From NCBI RefSeq assembly GCF_036321535.1, contig NC_087438.1:13642001-13706000 (forward strand): a stretch of 64,000 bases of DNA, given 5' to 3'. The notes under the pieces are model-generated. The model was not told the DNA's origin. It ran no database searches and saw only the letters and a program-made list of their open reading frames with translations. Within the stretch, counting starts at the first letter, position 1, and every line of letters starts with the position of its first letter. Position numbers and translations under genes: made by a program. This stretch comes from Camelus dromedarius. Lineage: Eukaryota. This document shows, piece by piece, positions 50,480-63,290 of this stretch.

Positions 50480-50870
50480 ATCACAAGTAGAGACAAATAG
50501 ACAAATCTTAAGAATTTGACTCAAGTTATTATACAGACATACAAGTTAAAATCTTCACTACAGTCAACAGGCTGGAGATTAAGGTAGGAATTGATGTAGT
50601 CTTAAATTGGAAGGCTGGAAACTCATACAGAATTACTATGTTGCAGTCCAGACACAAAATTCCATTTTCTTTGAGAAATCTTCTTTGGTTTGGATGGTTC
50701 CCACACATGTTATGGAGAGTAATTAGCTTTACTCAGAGTCAACTGATTGTCAATGCTATGTATATCTACACAATACCTTTATACCAACATCTAGACTAGT
50801 GTTTGCCAAAAGAAAAAAAAAAAAAAAAAGCAGGCACCGTATTCTAGCCAAGCTGACATTAAAATTAAGT
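50480..50870 (-). mobile_element. ERVL LTR (MLT2B/C-like)
   Basis: 'cccacacatgttatggagagtaattagctttactcagagtcaactgattg...caacatctagactagtgtttg...tctagccaagctgacattaaaattaa'. Confidence 0.85.
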
Positions 50871-50879
50871 GTGGAATAA

Positions 50880-51330
50880 TCCTGAGAGGTCAGGCAAGTC
50901 AAGTACTAGAAGGCATCCTTTGAATTTATTTGTGTTACTGAACACGAAGTAAGAGCTTAGAGAAAAAGGATGAAAAGCCTGTTACAAGACACCAGCCATG
51001 GAGACGGACAGATGTGAGAGAGCTTATTTGATAGCATCTACGGGACTTTAAAGATTGATTGAGGTTATTGATGGAGAAGAAACATCAAGGATAGTCTCTG
51101 GAATTAGCCCTGGTGATGGAGGTGAATGCCATTCACTGAGCATCAAATGCAGGAATTGGGCAGATATGGGAAGATAGGGGTCCAATTATGTGTTCGATTT
51201 GAAATGTATCCAATTGCACCTACTTGTTGGAGACATAGTAGAGGCCAACCAGCTTAGGGAATAAATGAGTTTAGACAGAGATATTTGTTGGAGTGAAAAA
51301 GAGAAAAGGAGAAAGCTGTTTTCTGGGAAT
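50880..51330 (-). mobile_element. L2 fragment
   Basis: 'catcaaggatagtctctggaattagccctggtgatggaggtgaatgccattcactgag'. Confidence 0.65.
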
Positions 51331-51399
51331 GACAGATATTAAACAATGGGTAAAGAAAAGGATTAAGGGAAGTGGCGATGAGGAGATGAAAATCTCTTT

Positions 51400-51595
51400 T
51401 ATTTCCACCTCTGGGTTGCCATACTGTGCTAGGACTTTACAGGTGCTGAACATTCTCACATCCACACTGTGGGGTAGATAAACATCTATATCAGTATATA
51501 AATTGAGCCTCTGAAAAAGTAAATGATTTGCTCAAATTCTGATTAAATTATAGAGATTAGAAACCAAATTTCCCTTGTTCCAGTTGCTAGATTCT
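51400..51595 (-). mobile_element. MIR SINE
   Basis: 'gccatactgtgctaggactttacagg...aaattgagcctctgaaaaagtaaatgatttgctcaa'. Confidence 0.6.
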
Positions 51596-51624
51596 AAAGA
51601 GTTCAACAAGTTCAAGAAACTACT

Positions 51625-52137
51625 TGTGGAAGGCAGAATAACACCTCACCCTCAGATGGCCACACTGTCATCCCTGGGACCCATGAATGTTACTTTAAAT
51701 GACAAGATTAGCTTTGCCCAGAGAATTACATTTATTTTTAAAATAGAAGATTATCTTGGATTATTTGGATGAGTCCCATATGCATAATCTCGTGGGCTCA
51801 TAAAAGTGGAAGAAGAACGGAGAAAGGTCAGTAAAAGAAACACAAAGATGGGAGAAGAGACAAGAAAGATTCGAAGCCTGTGAAGGATTCAACATAACAT
51901 TGTGCATTTGAAGATGGGAAAAAGGGTCCACAAATGGAGGAATGAGGGTAGCTTCTGGAACTGTGAAGGGCTCTCATTTTACAGCCAAGAAATAAAATCT
52001 GAATAGAGCCTTCAACACAGCCCCACCATCAACTAGATTTTAGCTGGATGATGCATCAGGGTTACGAGGTAATAAATATATTTTGTTTTAAGCTGCTAGG
52101 TAGTTATTTGTTATGGCAGCAATAAAAACCTACTATA
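51625..52137 (+). mobile_element. MaLR solo LTR (MLT1D-like)
   Basis: Starts 'tgtggaaggcagaataac...atccctgggacccatgaatgttacttt' and ends 'tttaagctgctagg...atttgttatggcagcaataaaaacctactata'. Confidence 0.9.
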
Positions 52138-55072
52138 TTTAGTTTATTTTTATAAACAACGTGTTAGGCATATGATAGACTGAATGATCGACATAGGAAA
52201 AATATTAATTAAAACACAAATGCTAAAACACAAAATGCACATTTTGGCAATCATCCTGCTCCTATCTTGCTTGTACTATGTGTAATAGTAAAAAAATGCA
52301 TGATAATACAAAATCCTCTGAGCATAATTTATATTCGATATTATTTTATAACAGAAATGTTATTGAATAAAAGAGATACATAATTTTATTTGTTCTAAAG
52401 TTTTTAAAAAAACAACCAGAACTAGAGACTTGCTAATCGGGATAGCACAATCATTTATGGTGTATAGTTTATCATGTCTAACAAATTCTCACTAAAATGA
52501 AATAGTGCAGCCAATTCCATTTTCCAGCAGTAATAAGTTTTTGTTTTAGCCCCAGGGTTCTCGGGCCAATTCACCCGAGTGTAGATTGAAATGAACTTCT
52601 GGTCCTCAAATTCTCAGACTTATGATACCCAAACAATTTCCTATGTATAATCTGTTGGCCTTTTTCTCTTTTTTTCATTTTCTATCCTTTATATTATTTA
52701 TATCATCCTTGTTCAAAATAGAGAATACTGGTGATTTTTATTAGAGAAATAAATCATTGCTTAGAAGAAGGTGGTGTAAGGATATTTAGCTCATTTTAGT
52801 TCATTTGTCTGGGATTATGCTGTGAAATTGAGCTGTGAGAAGACATTAGTTGAAGTTGGTCCTCATTGTAACATTAATAGGACAAGAAATGACACCGAAC
52901 GTTAATATTTAAGGCTCAGTGTGTTTCCACTTTCAGCTATGAAGTCAACATGATTTAGCTTTCACTTTATTTTTAAAACCACTAAGAACTTCACAACATT
53001 TCAAAAGTGTCTTTCACTAGTTTGTGGAGACAATGGCCCATTATTTCTATTCTTTACAAGTTCTATTTTCAATACTTTTCTTTTTTTATCTCATACTTTC
53101 AATGACTCATTCCTTCTAGGCAGAAAAAAAGCTATCAAAATAATGTCATCTTTTTTTTCCTGTTAGTTTGTACAAATCAAGATATGAGAACTTAATTTAT
53201 TTTAAAAGGTAAATATGATCTGTCTCATTCACTAACACAAAGTTAAATAAAATTCTGGCTTTCCAGAACAGGCATAGCAACTTCCTTTTCGTTTCTGTCC
53301 ACAATCTCCCTAACTCTACCACACATAACCTTAATGGATCCTTTATTCAGATCTGGTTTACATATAACTTAGTGAATTATCATTGACATATTAATCAGTT
53401 ATGTTTTCTGGGGTTATAATAAAAACTGTAGGATATGATCTCTCTCAAAGAATTTGCCATCAAGAGCAAATGACAAGAGAAATATGTAAAGTATATTTGT
53501 AATCTTAAACGATTTATGGTCACAGATTTTAAATTCTGTTTTATTAGAGAGACCTTGTGTAGCTGAGAATTTATCATGGTTTTTAAACCTAAGCAAAGAA
53601 AATTAAATAAAGTGAATGAAGAAAACCACTGGGTTTTTATCAGCAAAATTACTGACTAGATCTAGCCCTAAGTTGATGCTCTGATAACATATAAGTACAC
53701 CTTTAGCGCAACATTTACCATTGGACATTGAATGGTCCTGTGTCTGTCCCTCGCCTTTGGCTTCTCTCAGTCACGTTTGTTTTTCCCTCTCTGGATTCCT
53801 GGTGCTTAGTATAAAGCTTGCCTCATATTGTGTGCTCTCTCTCTATTTTTTGCAAAGCCTTATATTGACCCAGAGGTAGATTAAACTGGAATTTGAACCA
53901 CAGGTTTAACAGGCTTCTGGAGATGCTCTGTGAGCCTGGAGATTGTAAGCAGTTGTCATACAATGTCACACACAGATCAGCGCAATGTCACTGTCTGGGA
54001 TTCATACATCTCTTTAGGTCAAGTGCCTTTCAGGAATTGTGGAATTCAGATGACTGCACCAGGGATCTCTGGTTCAGTTCCGCATTTGTACAGAAGAAAA
54101 TAAATTCCTTCACTCACTCTCTCTGTCCTAAACCTAGATAGTCCCAGAACTTGGACCAGCCCTCTGGATCCACCTGTCCCCAGCAGCTCCTCTACCAGTG
54201 CAGGTGTTCTGTAGTCAACATACGGATGGACGTTAGGAAGACAGGCACAAGAGCGGGGCAGCCATCTCTCTAGAACCACCTCTCCCTCTTCAATGTGTCA
54301 GTTCTTTCTAATTTTTGAAAATTATATCCCACATTTCCTTCCATCCAATTTTTGCAATTTGTAAAAATCTGACTGAACACATCTTGATTTAAAATGTCTG
54401 CTATTATTTGCCATGGACTTTGCCAACCTTAGATATTACAGCGACATAGACAGGAGTGATTCGCCCAGTTACGACTAGGGAGGAAACTCTAAAGTCGAGT
54501 AAGTCATACTCTATAAACAACAGCATTGCACTCCAGGGGTTCACAGGAAGTTCAGAAAAAAAGGGAAGAAGAGGGCTGCTGTCAGTTGACACTGTGTTCA
54601 TGGAAGAGATGATAAAGTCCTTCATGACTTCCGGAAACTCATGCTCTCCCACCATGAATCCTGAACTCCTGAAATTCTACATTCTACTACTATTTTTTCA
54701 CCTACCTTAAATCAGTTTTGAAACTCTTCCCTCCTGTCTGACGATCCAACATATCACCACCAGCTGCCATGCAAAGTCCCCCTCAGCTTCAATGCCTCTT
54801 GCAAGTTAAGCTACCCGACCAGATGTATCTGAGCCTCAAGGTAGGCAAAAGGAAAATTAAGACATTGAAGAGGTCCAAGTGGGAGAGAAATCATAAATGG
54901 ATCTCTCAGAAGGTAATATTAGCTCCTGGGGAAATAGAGCAAGATTGAAAAAAAATTTAATTAAAATAATAGGAGCTTTCTGAGAGCTTTGGAAATCCAT
55001 TTCCTAAGGATTATTCTGTTTTCAGTGAAGTGGAAGAGGGTATGAGTATAAAATATAATTAGTGATCTTGAT

Positions 55073-55291
55073 CAGGGATTGAAAATTTCTCAGCAAAGAG
55101 CTGAATAGTAAAAATTTCAACCTTTGCTGGTCATAAGATCTCTGTCATGACTATCCAACTCTAAGGAAAACAGTAGACAATACAAACATAGATAATACAG
55201 AAATAAATAAACATCACTTTGTTCTAATAAACTTTATTTACACAGTCAGGGGTCCACATTTGATCCCTGAGCTGTAGATTATCAAAGCCTG
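55073..55291 (+). mobile_element. MER58A-like hAT-Charlie MITE
   Basis: CAGGG...CCTG termini, 'aaagagctgaatagtaaaaatttcaacctttgctggtcataagatctctgtcatgactatccaactct' and 'gttctaataactttatttacac'. Confidence 0.85.
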
Positions 55292-55621
55292 CACTGGATA
55301 AACAAGGAATAAACATGTCAAAGCAATGAAAATCCTGAAGGAAAACAAAACATCAGAGGCTTGTAGACCAGAATTAGGAAACCTTAACAAAAAGCACTCC
55401 AGAGAATGGAGTAAAAGCCAGCCCTAAAATTAGAGTGAAATATTTCTGTCTTATAAATAGGCCTATATATGCGGATTAATTTTGTTAGTAACAATGGAAA
55501 TTTGAAAGGTACAGGACTTCTTAAACTAATTGATGAGGAGAATAAAGATTTAAATGCCAAGAATCCTGTGCCCAGCTGGCAATCCTTTGATTTTTTTTTT
55601 CAGCAGAGTCTGGGACATAGA

Positions 55622-55735
55622 TGTGTTAGCTTCCTCGGACTGCCATAGCAGAATACACAGACTAACAGCTTAAACTACAAAAATGCATTTATTTTTTCAA
55701 TCCTGGAGACTGGGAGCCCCAGATCAAGACCCTGC
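55622..55735 (-). mobile_element. MaLR LTR fragment (MLT1A/B-like)
   Basis: 'tgtgttagcttcctcggactgccatagcagaatacacagact...cctggagactgggagccccagatcaag'. Confidence 0.75.
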
Positions 55736-56038
55736 TATGACTAAATTTAAGTCCAAAGGCAAATGTGTTTGTCAATAATCAAATAATCAGCATCTTTCAA
55801 TTTAATTCAGTATAATTTTCCTTCCAAAAGCAAGTAGCTCCCCAAATATTGCCTCATCTTTTAATATCAAACATGTGCTTAATAAAATAGCATGCAAAAG
55901 AAAAAATGCTTAAAATTCTGTGAGTGGGTAATGGTTACATGACTACAAAGTGATCTCTTTATGTTAAACTAGTCAACGTGAGTAATTATTTCGATGAAGA
56001 ACATTTGATGACCTCAAGTAATATTTATGTTATATGCA

Positions 56039-56361
56039 TGTCTCAGTCCATTCTGGCTTCTCTAAGAAAATACCATAGACTAGGAGATGTATAAACAACA
56101 GACATCTATTTTTTACAATTATAGAAGCTGAAAAGTCCAAGATAAGGCATCCTCAGATTCGACGTCTGGTGAGATGTCCTCACGTGGCAGAAGAGGCAAA
56201 GGAGCTCTGTGGGGTCTCTTTTATAAGGATGCTAATCTCATTCGTGAAGGCTCCACCCACATGACCTAGTCAATTCCCAAAGGACCCACGTCCTCATACC
56301 ATCACATTGGGAATCAGGTTTCAACATATGATCTGGGGACACAAACGTTCTGTCTAGAACA
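56039..56361 (-). mobile_element. MaLR solo LTR (MLT1A0-like), full length
   Basis: TG...CA ends and 'ggggtctcttttataaggatgctaatctcattcgtgaaggctccacccacatgacctag'. A near-perfect 5 bp TSD reads atgca/atgta. Confidence 0.92.
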
Positions 56362-56431
56362 ATGTAAAAAAGTCAAGATGTGAAATAGCATTGACAGTGG
56401 TGTCCATAAATGGTCCAAAAGACATGTACAG

Positions 56432-56731
56432 AGCCTTAGTTTCCTAGGACTACCACAACAAAGTACCACAAACTAGGGGGCTTAAAAAACAGAAATGTAT
56501 TCTCTGATAGTTCTCAAGGCTAGAAGTGTGAAATCAAACTGTCAGCAGACCCACACTCCCTCTGAGTCCTAGGGAGGAATCCTTGCTCGTCTCTTTCTGG
56601 CTGCTGGTGGTGGTTAGCAATCCTTGGAGTTCATTGGCTTGTAACTGCATCCCTTCAATTTCTGCTTGCATCATCATAGGATGCTCTTCCCATGGGTCTG
56701 TGTTGGGTACTGCAATCCGGAATGATCTCAC
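56432..56731 (-). mobile_element. MaLR LTR (MLT1C-like), partial
   Basis: 'ttagtttcctaggactaccacaacaaagtaccacaaactagggggcttaaaaaacagaaatgtattctc...gcaatccttggagttcattggcttgta'. Confidence 0.88.
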
Positions 56732-56734
56732 GTA

Positions 56735-56860
56735 AGTGCTATTTCTGGGTGATGGAGACTAGGAGTATCCAGCATTCTTTATTTGTACATCATTATGATT
56801 TGTAAAATGTCTACAATGGATATAAATTAATGTCACAATTAAAATGACTTTAAAAACAAA
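56735..56860 (+). mobile_element. L1ME-type 3' tip
   Basis: 'gtgctatttctgggtgatggagactagg...aaaatgtctacaatgga'. Confidence 0.5.
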
Positions 56861-57495
56861 TTTAAAGGGATCATACAACATGACTTGAATATGATTCTTT
56901 AATCATGTATAACTGATGTGTAAAAGTTATACAGATGCTTTCAGTATAAATAGATGTGATAGAAACACATCAAACATTTAATTAACCTGCCTTATCAATT
57001 AGGTGCAGATTATTCAAGTCTCCCAGAAAAAAAAAAAAAGATAAGAGAAGAAAACGAGCTACAACTCCCAAGTTTCACATGCCTGCCCTTGTTTAAATGG
57101 GAAATAATAATACCACTTTGCTCATAAATTGATGAGCTGAAATGGAGACAATTTAGGGACTATTTTCCCAGTATCTCCCTGTGAGAAATATAGATGTTCT
57201 TGCAGGTTGCCATTTGCTAAGGTTCCCCATTTTCCTGTCTTGGACATTTTCTCAAACCATATTGTGTGACCAAAGTTTATAATTGTATAAGTGGGGAAAA
57301 ACAGAACAAAACAAAACAAAACAAGAAAAAACACTGCTTTCCTCTTGTGAAAATAAGTTTAGTTTTTAAAGTCTCATATAGTGTTTTTCCAAAATTTGGT
57401 TTTTGGGCTACTTGATTTCTTGGATGGTAAATACTGATAGTTGAAAGCAGCTATGCAATTTCTAAATCCAGGAGAGGCACACTGTCTTTTATTTT

Positions 57496-57555
57496 ATATA
57501 ATTTATAACTTTACTGTATTTAGTGATATAATTTATAACTTTACTGTATCTAGAG
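57496..57555. repeat. 30 bp tandem duplication (2 mismatches)
   Basis: atataatttataactttactgtatttagtg followed by atataatttataactttactgtatctagag. Confidence 0.95.
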
Positions 57556-60500
57556 AATTTCAGTACAAGGGAAGCAGTAAGAGAAGATAATTCAAGGGGA
57601 TTAATAATTTTCAAAATGCCAGGGGCCACATTATAATCAAGTTTTCATACATTTAGTTAATTAACACTTGGAAATAGGCTTAATTTATGTGGAATTTAGA
57701 GTACTCTTAATAGGTTAGAAGCATGTAATTGCCTCTAGTACCTATAATCATCTTGATGCATAATTTGCATGGAATAGGACCAATAAATGATCTGGAAAAA
57801 CATTAGAATTCCAAAAATCTTGCTAAACGTTCAAAGCGATGTTCAAGCCTCTTGAAGAGATCTTCAATCTGTTACTTCATTTCTAAGAACATTGTAACTA
57901 TTTGTCAATAAGATAAAGTAAACTTCGTGCTATAATTGGTGTCAGCATTGTATTAAGGAGCAGTAATCTGCTTGAAATTTATAGAAAGCACTGTAGAGAT
58001 AAAAACATATTGCTTTTCAGAAATGCTTAACAAGGTCCTATTGTGTTCAATAGACTGTGGAGAAATATAAAGCTCAATTGTTACTCTTTAAAAAGTGTAC
58101 AAGTAGTTGGTCAAATAAGATTTGTCTAGCAGGAAATAAAATGTGTGTTAGTCAATGAGACACTGTCTGAGAAACAGATGGGCATAAAGAAATGTTAACT
58201 CTTTTATAACAACCTGGGACAGGTATGTACTTGTAGTGCTCGTTCTGGGCCCCAGGTTTAGTATCAGAAATGCCAGCTAATATATTATCTCATTCAGAGG
58301 GTACCAAGAGGAAAATTCTAACTTTCTAGACAGTTCCATCCAAGGAATAAACCACTTTAATATAGTCAATGCAGCTTCTTCCTCACTTTGGTGAGTAAAA
58401 TTCTCTTCATATACTGCCATGGTTCTAATTCTTCCTTCTCCTCATTTTAAAAAGAATCAAGAAAGCCTTTAAGAAATATCTAGCCTTTTTCTCTCTTTCT
58501 AAATTAAACTTAAAAAAAAAGACTTGGTTTTAAACATTTTTATAGAATAACTTTAATCAATTTAAAACTTCTACACTTCCCAGTCTTTAGTTTGAAATTA
58601 ATGGAGTCATACCCTACTTTTTTCTCCTTAAAATCTTACCATCTCTTTTTCTGTCTCTTTTTTTAAACATCTGGTCTAAAATCAAACTGATCTCTATTTG
58701 GACTCTTGCTTTCTGAAATATTCAATCATTACTACTCACTGTCTCCCTTCTTTTCCAGAATTAGAATCTGGTGCTACATTATGTTGCAGCAAATAGAAAC
58801 CTCAGATTAAATTTAAAACACTATTTTCTGTTACCTACCTCATGCCAGTGAGCAGAAAATAGAAGACAGGAAAAAAAAAAACAAAAAACCAAAAACCAGC
58901 AGACAGTCCTCATGCCCATGTCTGCACACTCTCAGCTCCTTTCTGCATGCAGAATTCTAGAAAAGATGAAGTTAAAATGTTGAGGCTGTAGTCTTCATTC
59001 CTAAAGAATTAATATGATCATGGTATCATTTGGAGCTGATCACAAGGATGGCAGGAAAATTTCAGGCTGAGAACAGTGTGAAGTCTTCAGGCTTCATCTG
59101 ACATTTTCTCTCCGTGTTACTACCTCTCTTTTGTGTAGAGCCACAATGGTTTGTCTCTGAATCTGAACTGTCATCAATCCAGAAGGTTCTGTTATCTTCT
59201 GTTGGGATCATAAACTGAGCCAGTCTGTCTAGCTTCTCTGTTGCCCCTTTTTGTGTTAATTACTCTAGCCACAATTCTGTAAACAGCATGAATGTTCTGC
59301 TTTTGTTTTGTTTTGTTTTTCTTTTCTTTGAGGCTAGATAGAGTTAATAGAGACACCTTTCTTTCCCAAGTAGAGTCCCGCTCCTGCTCAGTTTGTGTTC
59401 CTTATCTTGGTCCTGCTCTGTGGAATACGTTTATACAAATGTAAATGGCATACAGGAGGTGGCTTGAAATTGTATGGATTCTCAAACACATGTATTTAGT
59501 TCTTGTCAAAACACCTAGTCGGGAACTAAGGGCAGGTAAGTGAGGTGTACATGCCTCCCCTGACCCTCTTCTGAGCCTTTTAAAGTCACCCTGCACCCAT
59601 GAAGCTGTCTGAGGGAGAAACTCCTCTCTCTCGTTGATCAAACAAAGTTTCGACTCTTGAAGCTCTCTCGGTAAAGACCCAGAATCATGAACTCAGGATG
59701 TACAGGGTAGTATTTGATTGTCTATTAGATATGGGACACCTGAGTAACTGGAAATATTAGCTTGACTATATGAAATTATATTGGTTATATGGTAACCAAT
59801 TATATGCCATATGATAACAATTTTATACAATTTACATAAATAGATCAAAAATGAAATTTTTTTTAGAGACTGTCTAGATGGCAACAACTTGAAAGTTGAG
59901 GAATTGTTTGTAATTTAGAATCCTAAACTAGCAAAAAATGTATTAGATCATTAAAAAATAAACATTATTCAAAGGTCACTTAAAAGTTACGCTTAAATTT
60001 CTAGGATTCTAAACCAGGGGGGAAAAAAAAAAGATTTTCAATCTTATTCAAAAGCCTATAAAGGGAAGCAATATTTTCCACTTTCCTATAGCAGTTTTAG
60101 TCTAGAAGAGGAAAAGATTATTCCATGAATCCAAATCAGACTAAGTAAAAACCGTATGGGAGTTTCTAAAACCTGCTGGAAGACACATGCAAACAATCTC
60201 TCGGCTTCTGATACAGACTGAGAACTGACTAAGCCACAGAGGTCGCCCCTGCTTCTTGAAAGTTCATTTTATGCCAATTTGCTTTTCTGAAAGCCCTACA
60301 TTAGGACTCTGTTTCCACCTACTGAAGGAAATCCAAAGAGGATTTTTGCTTTTACGAAAAAGAGTGAACAGCAGAAATAGCACGCAGCAGTTGTTCTACA
60401 GGAAGTGGTCACAGCGGCCACAGCGCCCCGCCAGCAGCGAGAGAGGCCCCTCCAAGCCCCTTCCCTGGACCCACGCTCGGCATCTCAGCATCCAGCCCCC

Positions 60501-62189
60501 AGAGCTTTGAACTGTGTGAACATCTGTTTCGTTTCTGTTTATTTTATTTTTTGCATCTGTTAGCGAGATAGGTCCTAGGGGAATTGCTTCTTTGTTTTAT
60601 GCCATTTTGGCTTGCAAGAATTTCCATAGGAACACTCTACTTTCAGATGGGTGGGTGGAAACTTTGCAATTGTCCCGGTTTAATACTTTCTTGAAGGGAG
60701 ACCATTCGTCCTCATTCCCTGCATGAACCCGTTCACCCCAGCTGTCTCTTCCCTCAACATGGTGGTGGAAAGCTGCGATCCTCTGATTCCCAGCATGCCC
60801 AGAAATCAATTATGTTTTCCTTAAACCACTGCTAATTTCAGAATACTAGGAGCCATACCAAATGTTCCATAAATTATGAGACTCGAAAAAAGTCACAAAA
60901 TGGGGAAGGGTACAGGCCTGATTCCTCTTAACCCATGATAAGTACCCACTTTCATTAATGCTCATACATTTAAGTGTGTCCCCCTGTAATGCAGAATACT
61001 CTTGCAAACAATGAAAAATAATTTATAAAAAGAAGCCCTTGACAGTTTGCTCAAGTCACTATGCCAGTTTCCCCTGTGTCACAAAATAATCCAGCCCACG
61101 CTTCCTTTGTGCCATAAAAGAATCCCAACATAAGAGAAAAATAATTGTCAGAAAACGAATCCTGAGATTCTTCTCAGTGTGTGTAAGCTGGTGTCCCACA
61201 CTTTCTGAATAAAGCCGATGAAAGTGTATTTGTTGTAGCAATGCATTACAACTAGCTGTTCCTAGAGCGTGTATTTTCTCTTCATTTTATGCAGGAAAAG
61301 GACATGACCTTAATTTAAAATTTTAATACATGCTATTTATTTTCACAACAGAAGTGCAAAGTATAAATATGTGGTAAGTTTTTATTTTTAAAGTCTTATG
61401 ATATAATATTTCCTTCCAAATGCATAGATTGCCTTCATAAAAGTCTCCATAAAAGAGCATACGTAAGCCCAACAATCGTGCCGTGTTCGGAGGGTCCGTG
61501 GGACTCAGCGATGAACTTCAAATCCTATGAAATATTATTTTTCATTTTAAGACAGAGTTTTGATTTTGAGAGTAAAGTTGATTGTCAGAAATAGCCCAAC
61601 TTGATTTCAAATGAATTTGTTGTGTCAGGGTGATATAAATTAACAGTTTAAAAATTGGACAATAGAACAAGTAAACTGACTTTTCCATGGTTTTCATGCT
61701 GAAAGGTGGATCCTTTTCTATCTTCCAATTCTATAAAACTCTCATTTATGATGCCAAAATCTTACTAGGTTTATAGGAACTTTGTCCTTTCTTCCTTCCA
61801 GAGTACACAAAATATTGCCAATTTTCATGAACCAATGTTATCAAATCCAGCCTGGGGATGGTCATTTAATCTTATGATCTATATTCCTTTGCCAAGTTAT
61901 ATTCTTTTCTCTATCATCTTAATTGTGAAAATCATTATCAAAAATGTATTTCACTTATCTTAAAATGTGTTGAATTTAATTACTACAAGTTTTATCTCTA
62001 GTGTGGATAATAAGTAATCTGAACATTTTGTTTTATTCTATTAAACATTTTTACTCTAAATAAAACCAAACTATTATGCCATGTTGACAACATCTCAGTT
62101 TTTTTTCGTGGCCCAAAGCAAGCGATCTGATAAGTTCAACACACAATGTTTAATTCTAAATGCCATATCATTCTTTATATTATAAAAAT

Positions 62190-63290
62190 TTTTTTATTTT
62201 CAAGTTGTTTTCGATTTACAGAAAGATTGCAAAGATAGCACAGAAAGTTCCCAGTCACCATTCTGTTCACATTCTTACATTTGTCGCAATTAATGGACAA
62301 ATACTAACATATGTATTAACTGAAGTCTGTATTCTAGTCACATTTCCTTGATTTTAGGCTGATGTTCTTTTTTCTCTTCCAGGGTCACACAACCCTGGAG
62401 TCATCATGTCTCCTTGGGCTTATCTTGGCTATAACGGTTCCTCAGAGTTTGCTGATTTTTTGATGACTTTGAAACTTTCGAGGAATACTAGTCAGTTACT
62501 TTGTAGAATATCCCTCCATTGGGATATTTCTGATGTTCTTTTCATGACTCCATGATTCAACTAGGCCATGGAGTTTTGGGGAGAAAAACCACATCCGAAA
62601 ATGCGATTCTTGTCACATTGTATCAAAGTTGTGCGCTCCCAACAAGAATTATGACCGCTGATGTTGACTGTTACCACCTTGCTAAGGTCTTGCTTGTCAG
62701 GGTTCTCCACTGTGAACATAAGTCTTTTTTTCTCCCTTCACATACTGTATTTTTGTAAGGAAACCACTGTGCACAGTCCAAATTTCCAGAGAGGGACTTA
62801 TGCTTTGCCTCCCTGTGGATGATCTGTCCATATAAAGTGGTCATGATATTCTGCAGTGATGAGATTAACCTCTTCTCCCCTGTTCATTCATTTACTTATT
62901 CAGCCATTTATAGCAATACTGACTTACGGATATTTATTTTATTCTTTAGGTTAATCCAATATATTTTTACCCATTTTTAGACTTAAATTATTCCATCTTT
63001 AGCCATTGGGAGCTTTCAGTGGGTATCTGTATCTCTCTTCCATTTCTCCATCAATGTGTGTATATGTGTGGGTGTGCACGTTCATGAGTGTTTAAGCATT
63101 TCCTTACTTGTTACCATTACAAGGTAGCCTAGGTTCATCTTGTAAATGTCCTGCTCCAGTCCTGGAATCAGCATTTTCTCCAAGAAGCATGAGTTTTTCT
63201 TCATTTGAAAATTGTATTACAAACCGAGATTTAGGTATGCGATGTTCTTGTTACAGCCACTGGGGAATCATTTATTTTTTAAAAGCTCTC
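62190..63290 (-). mobile_element. L1MC/L1MD-type 3'UTR
   Basis: 'ttttcgatttacagaaagattgcaaagatagcacagaaagttccc', 'tttgtagaatatccctccattgggatatttctgatgtt' and 'ctggaatcagcattttctccaagaagc'. Confidence 0.88.

Noticed and set aside
54404..54710. Overlapping antiparallel 83 and 84 aa ORFs with a nearby GTAAGT
   Set aside because: No recognisable protein or consistent exon structure, and the lengths are expected by chance.
59395..59690. Possible LTR remnant
   Set aside because: The composition is LTR-like, but I could not match it to a family or define its termini.
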